Part shown: piece by piece, positions 27,789 to 34,745 of the stretch
How positions within the stretch are numbered: position 1 is the first letter of the stretch
How the letters are laid out: each line of letters opens with the position of its first letter
Source of the DNA: an uncultured Kiritimatiellota bacterium
GTDB taxonomy: Bacteria > Verrucomicrobiota > Kiritimatiellia > RFP12 > UBA1067
Direction: 5' to 3'
DNA: 64,000 nucleotides
NCBI GenBank assembly: GCA_934675625.1
Contig: CAKURH010000004.1
Coordinates: forward strand, 640-64,639
Program-made: the position numbers and the translations under genes
Notes under the pieces: model-generated
Told to the model about the DNA's origin: nothing
The model's input: the letters and a program-made list of their open reading frames with translations, nothing else
Databases searched by the model: none

Positions 27789-27797
27789 TGGTATAAT
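27789..27797 (+). promoter_or_regulatory. extended -10 element TGGTATAAT, 11 nt upstream of ATG 27809 (leaderless or near-leaderless)
   Basis: Exact TGnTATAAT match. Confidence 0.5.
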
Positions 27798-27808
27798 ACG
27801 CCCCCGCT

Positions 27809-28222
27809 ATGACGACGGTTACGAAGACGGTGCGGTTTGATGCCGCGCACATCCTGACGAATCACCAGGGGCTCTGCAAGAACCTGCACGGGCACACGTA
27901 TCGCGTGGACGTGTCCGTCGCGCAGGAAGACGGCGCGGGCGGCGACATGGTCATCGACTTCAAGGACCTGAAGCGGATTGCGGCGGAGACGGTCTGTGAC
28001 CGCTTTGACCACGCATTCATCTACAACACGGAATCGGCGGGTGAGCGCGAGATCGCGGCGGTCGTCGAGCGACACGGCATGCGGACGGTCGCGCTGCCGT
28101 TCCGCTCCACGGCCGAGAACCTCGCGCAGATGTTCTTCGGCGAGCTCCGGGCGAAGATCCCCGGCCTTCAGTCCGTCAAGGTCTGGGAGACGGCCGACAG
28201 CTGCGCCGAGTATCGCGCATGA
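27809..28222 (+). CDS. queD: 6-carboxy-5,6,7,8-tetrahydropterin synthase
   Basis: ..VRFDAAHIL....C.NLHGHTY.V.V.. is the QueD/PTPS signature. Confidence 0.85.
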   Translation: MTTVTKTVRFDAAHILTNHQGLCKNLHGHTYRVDVSVAQEDGAGGDMVIDFKDLKRIAAETVCDRFDHAFIYNTESAGEREIAAVVERHGMRTVALPFRSTAENLAQMFFGELRAKIPGLQSVKVWETADSCAEYRA

Positions 28223-29373
28223 AACGCCATCTCCAGCTGTTCGTCGAGTTCTTCAAGATCTCCCTGTTCGTGATCGGCGGTGGCTATGCGATTCTCGCCG
28301 TCGCCGATTCGGTGTTCGCGAAGAGGAAATGGATTGAGGAGGGCGAGCTGCTGGACGAGCTGCCGGTCTTCCAGATGCTGCCGGGCATCATCGCGACGCA
28401 CACGGCCGTCTACGTCGGACGCAAGGTCGCGGGGGTTTCGGGCGCAGTCACGAGCGTCATTGCCGTTGCTTTGCCCTCGGTCGTCATCTTCACGGCCGTC
28501 GCGATGGGCTACGATGCCTTGCCGCTCGACAACCCGCATCTTCTGAGCGCGTTCGTCGGGCTTCGCAGCGCGCTGACGGGCATCATCGCCGCGACGCTCG
28601 TCCGCCTCTGGACGCGCGCGCCGAAGGACGTCTTCTTCTTTGTCGTGCTGGCGGCGGCGCTTGCCGCGCTCTTCGGCGGCGTGCCCGTCTGGATCGTGCT
28701 GCTCGCGGCGATGGCGGCCGGGCTCGCCTGTCCGCAGACGATGGGGACAGGCCCCGCCGTTCTGGGGCCAGACCCCAAAAATGCGGGGACAGGCTCCGAC
28801 GGAGACGGCACGAAGACGTTCCGTGCGGTGGCGTGGCTGCCGCTGCTGCTCTTTCTCAAGTACGGCGCGCTTTGCTTCGGTGGCGGTTTTGTGCTCGTGC
28901 CGATGTACATCGAGGATTTCGTGGGGCCGGCGGCGTCCTTCTTGCAGGTGCCCGCCGAGGAGTTCTCGAACCTGATGGCTCTCACGCAGATGACGCCGGG
29001 GCCGATCGGCGTCAACGGCGCGACGTACTTCGGCTTCCGCCTCGCGGGGATTCTGGGCGCGGCGCTCGCGTCCGCCGCGCTGTTGCTGCCGGGGTCGGTG
29101 CTCATGTACCTCGCCCTCGCGTCCATCGACCGGTTTCGGACGAACCGGGTCGTCTGCGGCATTCTGCGCGGCGCGAAGCCCGCGTCGCTCGCGCTCATGC
29201 TCGTCGCGCTCTGGGCGTTCCTCGAATTGAGCGTTTTCGCGGGCGGTGCGTTCTGCGGACTGTCGGCCGTCTTCGTGCTCGCCAGCCTCGTCGTGACGCT
29301 GAAGAAATGGATGAACCCCGTTTGGCTCATCGTCCTTCTGGCGTTTGTGGCGGTTCTGCTTCGTGCCGGCTGA
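28219..29373 (+). CDS. chrA: chromate-ion-transporter (CHR) family protein, two fused CHR domains
   Basis: ..FFKISLFVIGGGYAIL.. and a second ..GALCFGGGFVLVPMY.. are both present. The gene overlaps queD by ATGA. Confidence 0.75.
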   Translation: MKRHLQLFVEFFKISLFVIGGGYAILAVADSVFAKRKWIEEGELLDELPVFQMLPGIIATHTAVYVGRKVAGVSGAVTSVIAVALPSVVIFTAVAMGYDALPLDNPHLLSAFVGLRSALTGIIAATLVRLWTRAPKDVFFFVVLAAALAALFGGVPVWIVLLAAMAAGLACPQTMGTGPAVLGPDPKNAGTGSDGDGTKTFRAVAWLPLLLFLKYGALCFGGGFVLVPMYIEDFVGPAASFLQVPAEEFSNLMALTQMTPGPIGVNGATYFGFRLAGILGAALASAALLLPGSVLMYLALASIDRFRTNRVVCGILRGAKPASLALMLVALWAFLELSVFAGGAFCGLSAVFVLASLVVTLKKWMNPVWLIVLLAFVAVLLRAG

Positions 29374-29436
29374 CGATTGCGCAAAAAGTGATTTTATTTT
29401 GCTGAATCCGACCTTTCGGAACGGGTGCGGATTGTG

Positions 29437-29442
29437 TATAAT
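29437..29442 (+). promoter_or_regulatory. -10 hexamer TATAAT with a c.40-nt leader and AAGGAGA SD before ATG 29484
   Basis: The sequence reads TGTGTATAAT, and the SD lies at 29472-29478. Confidence 0.4.
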
Positions 29443-29483
29443 ACTTCCCATTTCGTTGGCAAAAGAAAAACAAGGAGAAAGAC

Positions 29484-30188
29484 ATGCTGAAGGAGAAGTT
29501 TGACTTGACGGGCAAGGTTGCCCTCGTGACCGGCTCGACGCGCGGCATCGGCAAGGCCATTGGCGATGCGTTCGAGGAATACGGCGCGAAGGTGATCCGC
29601 CACAACACGAAGGTCTGCGACCTGTCCGACCCGGCGGTGATCGACGCGTTCTTCGACCGGCTCGCGGCGGAGGGCGCGCTGCCGGACATCCTCGTCGCCA
29701 ACGCCTCGATCCAGGCGAAGATCCCGTGGACGGAGTTTCCGCTCGACGAGGCGCAGAAGGAGATGCAGGTCAACTTCTTCGCGACCCTGCGGATGTTCCA
29801 GCGGTGCTATCCGAAGATGAAGGCGCAGAAGTGGGGGCGGCTCATCGTGGTCGGCTCGGTGAACGAGCGGCGTCCGCATCCCGACATGTGCGTCTACGCG
29901 GCGACGAAGAGCGCGCAGGAGAACCTCGTGCGCGGCATCGGCCGCCAGGTCGCGCCGGAGGGCATCACGGTCAACAACCTCTGCCCCGGTGTGTTCAACA
30001 CCGATCGGAACCGTGACTGCCTCGCCGACCCCGTCTACGGGCCGCGCGTGACGGCGGCGATTCCGCTGCACGACTACGCCGTGCCGGAGGACGCCGCCGG
30101 GGCCGCGCTGCTCCTGGCGTCCGACGCGGGCCGCTACATCACCGGCACGACGCTGATGGTGGACGGCGGGCTGTCGATTCCGGGCTGA
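29484..30188 (+). CDS. SDR-family oxidoreductase
   Basis: The cofactor motif TGSTRGIGKAI and the catalytic YAATK are present. Confidence 0.85.
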   Translation: MLKEKFDLTGKVALVTGSTRGIGKAIGDAFEEYGAKVIRHNTKVCDLSDPAVIDAFFDRLAAEGALPDILVANASIQAKIPWTEFPLDEAQKEMQVNFFATLRMFQRCYPKMKAQKWGRLIVVGSVNERRPHPDMCVYAATKSAQENLVRGIGRQVAPEGITVNNLCPGVFNTDRNRDCLADPVYGPRVTAAIPLHDYAVPEDAAGAALLLASDAGRYITGTTLMVDGGLSIPG

Positions 30189-30227
30189 AAGGCCGAATGC
30201 CCGCCCGTCCTCTGCGCGTGTCCGTTA

Positions 30228-30236
30228 TGGTATAAT
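30228..30236 (+). promoter_or_regulatory. orphan extended -10 element TGGTATAAT with no start codon behind it
   Basis: An exact consensus copy lies 40 nt after the SDR stop. The next 170 nt hold only hairpins and repeats. Confidence 0.35.
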
Positions 30237-30243
30237 ACACGAC

Positions 30244-30268
30244 CCCCTTGTTTTAAAGGGGTTTCTTC
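30244..30268 (+). terminator. candidate intrinsic terminator (6-bp stem CCCCTT/AAGGGG, 6-nt loop, UUUCUUC tail)
   Basis: The hairpin was read directly at 30244-30261 and is followed by TTTCTTC. It could terminate the SDR transcript. Confidence 0.4.
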
Positions 30269-30320
30269 ACTTCAGTGGTCTTTTGGTGGTTCTTTGGGGG
30301 TGAAAAACGCCCCCTTGAAT

Positions 30321-30354
30321 CGCACAAGCTGTCACAAGTTCGCACAAGTTGTCA
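30321..30354. repeat. three 10-bp-phased direct repeats containing CACAAGYT
   Basis: The units are CGCACAAGCT GTCACAAGTT CGCACAAGTT GTCA. The CACAAG cores start at 30323, 30333 and 30343, upstream of a TATACT hexamer at 30381. Confidence 0.8.
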
Positions 30355-30406
30355 TGTCAGAAATCCGGCTCTCGCTCCCCTATACTGTTGAAGGAGATAT
30401 GCAAAA

Positions 30407-31009
30407 ATGAAAAGAACAGCCCTTGCGCTTGCCCTGATGTCGTCCGCCTGCCTCGTCGTTGACGTGAAGCCCTCCCATTCCGAAACGGTCAGGATCCGGG
30501 AGATGGTAAGGCACCTCGTCCCGTGGGACGCATGGCGATGGGACAGGACGGGCTTTCGCGGAACTTTCAAGGTCACGGTCTACAGGAAGACGAAGGAAGA
30601 CCTTGACCTCTTCTCGGACATAGACCTCAACTTGTCGCGTTCCGAGAGCGGGCACAAGCGGTTCGACGCCCTCATCTGCTCCGTCCTGCCTCTTGGGAAG
30701 GTCAAGGGGACAAGCCCAAAAAACCTCCTCCAAGACGGCTCTACCTTCTTCGTCTACGGGCGTTCACGGGAGAAGGTCAAGGACGTGGGCAAGCTCCTAG
30801 GAAAGGACAGCGGAGATTTTGTCGAGGCATACGTCACCGTCGAGAGGTGCGTCGGTCAGGAGCGGGACTACTGCCTCGACAGCCACAGGTGGAGCGGTGC
30901 GGGCGGGAAGGGAAGCCAGCCCGCCTACTGGCTCGTTGACGTGATGCCCGCCGCGAAGTTCGAGAGCGTCGTCAAGGTCGAGAGGGACGACTTCACGGCG
31001 TGGGAATGA
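30407..31009 (+). CDS. hypothetical lipoprotein
   Basis: MKRTALALALMSSAC forms a signal peptide plus lipobox-like Cys. An AAGGAG SD lies 10 nt upstream. I recognise no family. Confidence 0.5.
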   Translation: MKRTALALALMSSACLVVDVKPSHSETVRIREMVRHLVPWDAWRWDRTGFRGTFKVTVYRKTKEDLDLFSDIDLNLSRSESGHKRFDALICSVLPLGKVKGTSPKNLLQDGSTFFVYGRSREKVKDVGKLLGKDSGDFVEAYVTVERCVGQERDYCLDSHRWSGAGGKGSQPAYWLVDVMPAAKFESVVKVERDDFTAWE

Positions 31010-31020
31010 CCGAAAAGGGG

Positions 31021-31299
31021 TCAGAGGACGGACGCAAGCACCTTCGCGAGAAGCCCGCCAGCACCGACTAAAGAAGCAATAGCCGTCAATGAAATCACAA
31101 GGCACTTACCCAACAGCTTCAGGATTTCGGTTTTGAAGTCCTCGTGTTGCGCCTCTCCGTTGTGCTTTTCCAAGTTCGTAATCCTGTATGAGTGTTCCGC
31201 GAGCTGGTCGAGGACTGATTTCATCTGACCCGAAATCGTCCCCAGCTTCGCGCTGATGTCGGTAAAAATTTCAAGAATTTTTGTGTCCGTATTGCTCAT
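31021..31299 (-). CDS. XhlA-like small membrane protein (coiled-coil N-terminus, C-terminal TM helix)
   Basis: Internal ATG at 31299 gives 92 aa. The hydrophobic C-terminus is LVISLTAIASLVGAGGLLAKVLA. The gene overlaps the upstream gene by 4 nt. Confidence 0.45.
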   Translation of the reverse strand: MSNTDTKILEIFTDISAKLGTISGQMKSVLDQLAEHSYRITNLEKHNGEAQHEDFKTEILKLLGKCLVISLTAIASLVGAGGLLAKVLASVL

Positions 31300-31586
31300 T
31301 TTCGCTCTCCCGTTTCTATGCTTGTCCTCGTCGATTCCTTCGTCTCGACCATGCCCCAAAGATAGGAGTTCGTCGCGCAATGCTCCCTTGAAATCCTGAC
31401 CGTCTCGTTTGAGGTCGAAAAGGCTATCCCGCTCAAGTACGACACGATTTGGCACCCCATTACCTGCCCGTTGTAGGGAAGATACGCGCCGATGGTGGCT
31501 TTCGTCCCCTCCGTGTAAGTCGAGGTTTTCGTGACACAGCCGAAAACAAGAAGGAGACAGGCGGAAAGGACGAGACGGGATTTCAT
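31296..31586 (-). CDS. small lipoprotein (phage-associated)
   Basis: MKSRLVLSACLLLVFGC forms a lipobox; the product is 96 aa. Confidence 0.5.
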   Translation of the reverse strand: MKSRLVLSACLLLVFGCVTKTSTYTEGTKATIGAYLPYNGQVMGCQIVSYLSGIAFSTSNETVRISREHCATNSYLWGMVETKESTRTSIETGERK

Positions 31587-31590
31587 TTTT

Positions 31591-31833
31591 TTAGAACTCC
31601 TTTATCAGCTTCTCGACTTCCGAAATGCTCGTTTCAACTTCCTCGTCTTCTAGCTTTCCGTCAGACACGCGCGCGTTGATTCTCTTCAGGCAGTCGAGGA
31701 TTTTTGAGAGGCGTTCTATCCAAACGTTGATGGTCTTCGTGACAGTCGCAACGTTCTCGCGATTGTCTTCAAGAAGTTCGTTCACCGTCTTGATGATGTA
31801 TCTCTTCGCGATTCTGATGATTATTGATTTCAT
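31591..31833 (-). CDS. small helical hypothetical protein
   Basis: ATG at 31833 is preceded by GGAGAAAGGTGAAGG. The 80-aa product is charged and helical. Confidence 0.4.
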   Translation of the reverse strand: MKSIIIRIAKRYIIKTVNELLEDNRENVATVTKTINVWIERLSKILDCLKRINARVSDGKLEDEEVETSISEVEKLIKEF

Positions 31834-31838
31834 GTCCT

Positions 31839-32969
31839 TCACCTTTCTCCGGCTTCGATGTGATTCTTGAAGACCGACCATTTCGTGTCCGCGACATACC
31901 TGTCGTAAAGCTCCCTTGGAACGAGAATCCTGTAGTCCGCCGGGGCGTCCTCGAACTGATTCGTCCCCGACAGCGTGACGAGCGTCGAGAGGTCAGAATT
32001 CGTGCAGAGGTCGAGGACTTTCAGCCCCGGGCAGTATCGGAGAGCGTAGTTGCTGATTGCCGTGAGCGAGCCCGGCATGACGATTCGCTCGAGCGACGTG
32101 CAGCCCTTGAACGGGGTGTTTGACGAAGTGCCCTGGACTTTCTGAAGCCCGTTTGGAAGCAGGACCTCCCGCAGCTTCGGGCAGTTCATGAAGGTTTGGT
32201 GCCTGAGCGTTGTCATGGGGCTTTCGCTGATGTCAATCCGCTCGACCTCCGACATTTCGGCTAAGCCCGCGAGCGTCACGTCGGGGGCGGTGACCGAAAC
32301 GATTCCCGTCCCTTCAAGCGCGGCGTATGAGAGCTCCGTCACGCCGCCCAGGTTGACCTCCTTCGCGAACCACCCCGCTCCGACGAAAGCCCGCGTCCCG
32401 ATTTTCGCGACCGTGCCGGGAAGCCGCAGCTCGCCGCGATAGCCCGCAAGCGCATGGTTCCCGACCGTCGTCAGTTTCGTCTTCGAGAGGTCGACGAGCG
32501 TGACCCTCGGCAGGGTGTCCGCCGCGAAAAGCGGCGTCTCAGCCGTCGAGTAGACGCTTCCGTAATACTTCCCGACGCACGTCAGGCTGTCGTCGTCCGC
32601 AACCAAGGAGACGTCGCCCGCCCCGCCCGAAAGCGAGATGCCGTGAATGCCCATCACCCCGCGTTCGACGCTGAACTCCTGCGCGCCCGGATACCATTTC
32701 AGGTCGCGCTTCCAGGTTCCAGCGAGGTTCCTGTCCTGCTTGAACGAGGCGACGAAGTGCCTGTCCGCATAATACTCCTTCGTGACCTCCCTCTCCTGCT
32801 CGACCTCGACGGACAGCCCCGTGTCCTCCCCGCCCCCCATGATGCGGACGCCGCAGGGGTGAACCCGCTTGTAGAGGATGTGGAGATTGTAGTCGATTCG
32901 CTCGACCTCCTCCCCGTCGATTTGCAGGGACGACAGGCACGCCAAGTCAAGTCCGCTTTCGTCCATCAT
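31839..32969 (-). CDS. leucine-rich-repeat (BspA-type, LRR_5) protein, candidate receptor-binding protein
   Basis: Repeated F..C..L..I.LP..L..IG..AF units are present, for example FMNCPKLREVLLPNGLQKV and FKGCTSLERIVMPGSLTAISNYALRYCPGLKVLDL. A GAAGGAGG SD precedes the start. Confidence 0.7.
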   Translation of the reverse strand: MMDESGLDLACLSSLQIDGEEVERIDYNLHILYKRVHPCGVRIMGGGEDTGLSVEVEQEREVTKEYYADRHFVASFKQDRNLAGTWKRDLKWYPGAQEFSVERGVMGIHGISLSGGAGDVSLVADDDSLTCVGKYYGSVYSTAETPLFAADTLPRVTLVDLSKTKLTTVGNHALAGYRGELRLPGTVAKIGTRAFVGAGWFAKEVNLGGVTELSYAALEGTGIVSVTAPDVTLAGLAEMSEVERIDISESPMTTLRHQTFMNCPKLREVLLPNGLQKVQGTSSNTPFKGCTSLERIVMPGSLTAISNYALRYCPGLKVLDLCTNSDLSTLVTLSGTNQFEDAPADYRILVPRELYDRYVADTKWSVFKNHIEAGER

Positions 32970-33640
32970 GCCTCCTTCACGAGGAATTTCAGGACTTTCC
33001 GGGTTCCTGATATGCTGTAGGCGTAGACCTCCTTCTCGGCATATCCCTCCGGGAACGCCCCCCTTGCCTGAAATCTCCCGTCCGCCTCGTCCTTCGTGTA
33101 GGTTGAATCTCGCACGTCCTTCACCTCGTCCGCTATCGAATCCGCGTCAGGAATCGGAAACCACGAGCCGCCGACGAAAACGTTCAGGATGTCCGCCTCC
33201 GCGTATGCGTCGCCCTCGTTAGGTGATTCGGGCTTCTCGTCCAAGATGTGAAGGTAGTGGCTTGCCTTCCCCGCCGTTATTGTGCTGTCCCTGTCGAGGA
33301 CGATGAGGTCACCGACACCCAAGACATAGCCCTTCGTCTCGTTTCCGTTTTCGTCGATGCCGTCTGCTGTGACCGTGAAGCCGTTCGCAGTCTTCCCGAC
33401 CGAATCCGAGCCCGCAAGCGTCCCGACCCAACAACCGCCCGTGAGGACGCATTTCTTGCTCTCGATGGAATTGTCCGAAAAGGTCGCCGTGACGAAGACC
33501 TCCGTGATTTTCCACTGCCCTATCTTCTTCGGCACGTCGACGAGGCGAACCGAAATCGGGCTCCCCCTGAAAGTGACTATCGGCTGGAGCGGGATGTTGG
33601 CGTTCGCCGCGTGAACCTTTATGTCTCTTGTCCCTATCAT
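32966..33640 (-). CDS. tail-fibre-like hypothetical protein
   Basis: The motif STYTKDEADGRFQ resembles motifs common in phage tail-fibre proteins. The start/stop overlaps the LRR gene. Confidence 0.4.
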   Translation of the reverse strand: MIGTRDIKVHAANANIPLQPIVTFRGSPISVRLVDVPKKIGQWKITEVFVTATFSDNSIESKKCVLTGGCWVGTLAGSDSVGKTANGFTVTADGIDENGNETKGYVLGVGDLIVLDRDSTITAGKASHYLHILDEKPESPNEGDAYAEADILNVFVGGSWFPIPDADSIADEVKDVRDSTYTKDEADGRFQARGAFPEGYAEKEVYAYSISGTRKVLKFLVKEA

Positions 33641-33698
33641 TTTCTTCTCTTTCCGTTTCCGCCGCCACTAGGCGGCATGGGCTGAAAATGGGGCGGTG

Positions 33699-34697
33699 TT
33701 AAACGTCCGTCACCGCGTCGCGGAACTCGCACACGACTTCGGCTTTTCCAATGGAGATTGTCAGATGCGCATATTCCGCCGTTGCGGTCGCGGTATGGCT
33801 GAACGTCGATGGGTCCATGTTGAATGAGTGCCGCCGCTTCACTCCCTCGATGACGTTCTGCGCGGTCGCCTTGTCTATTCCGGGCGCGCCGAAGGTCGAC
33901 GCGCCGACCCGCACGGCGTATTTGTAGGTCTCGACGACATACAAGCTGTTGTCATTGACTTCCGTTGAAGAATACGCGACAGTGACGGGAACCCACGTGG
34001 CGGCGCGCTTCAGGATGAACGCCCCGTTATACTTCTGCGTGGGAAAGGGAATTGCGAGCGTGTCGAGCGCGCCAAGCTTCGCCGTGCGCGTAATACGCCC
34101 GTCCGTATTCCAAGCCCCGTTCGATTTCGACGCGCTTGCATACTCGCTGTAAATCGTGTGCGTCCCAACAATGGTTCCGATGTCGCTCTCGTCAACCGTC
34201 CCCTCCACTTCGACCGTCTCAGCTGTGACGTTTGCGGGATATCCGGCGTGCGCGATTGCGATGCCGAGCTCCCTCATGCCCCGCTGAAGTGCAAAAATCC
34301 TGTCCGCGCGAATGACCTTGCTGTCGTATTCGGGCACGGGAATCGCAAGCGACGTGCCCCTCTTTCCCTCGCGTTCCGCAACCTCCTCCAGCCAACTTCC
34401 AATTGGCGCGTCGGCGGAAAGCTCCGTCCAGTCCGTGAAGTCCGCCGTCCACGTGAAGCAGTTTCCTTCGCGGAGGTAGTCGGCAACCGCCTTCGTCATG
34501 TATTCGATAGGCTCGTCCAGCAGCCGCCGGTCGAACGTGCCGACCCTTGACGACGCGATGTCGCTTTCCCGCCCGGTGACGTGGTCGCGCTCCGCGACAG
34601 CCTCCTGGAGCCACGCGACGTCAACGCCCATCAGGCGGGTGTCGTTCCGCCGGAGCATGAGGTCTGCGGACAGGTCGATGCGGTCGAGGTCGCCCAT
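33699..34697 (-). CDS. hypothetical phage structural protein
   Basis: ATG at 34697 follows GGAGGAG by 7 nt and gives 332 aa. The longer ORF to 35252 runs antisense through rhs and is rejected. Confidence 0.5.
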   Translation of the reverse strand: MGDLDRIDLSADLMLRRNDTRLMGVDVAWLQEAVAERDHVTGRESDIASSRVGTFDRRLLDEPIEYMTKAVADYLREGNCFTWTADFTDWTELSADAPIGSWLEEVAEREGKRGTSLAIPVPEYDSKVIRADRIFALQRGMRELGIAIAHAGYPANVTAETVEVEGTVDESDIGTIVGTHTIYSEYASASKSNGAWNTDGRITRTAKLGALDTLAIPFPTQKYNGAFILKRAATWVPVTVAYSSTEVNDNSLYVVETYKYAVRVGASTFGAPGIDKATAQNVIEGVKRRHSFNMDPSTFSHTATATAEYAHLTISIGKAEVVCEFRDAVTDV

Positions 34698-34745
34698 GTA
34701 GCACTCCTCCGTGCGGCTCACGCGGGGATTCCTGCGACGCGCGTT

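Larger units (their letters stand above)
31021..34697 (-). mobile_element. prophage fragment: tail-fibre/receptor-binding genes followed by small lysis-type genes, truncated at both ends
   Basis: Six tightly packed or overlapping minus-strand genes with GGAGG-type SDs. They include an LRR_5 protein, a tail-fibre-like TKDEADGRF motif and an XhlA-like protein. Capsid, integrase and endolysin genes are absent. Confidence 0.55.

Noticed and set aside
30398-30409. Tiny ORF ATG-CAA-AAA-TGA upstream of the island lipoprotein gene
   Set aside because: It is only three codons long and overlaps the real start, so it is most likely incidental.
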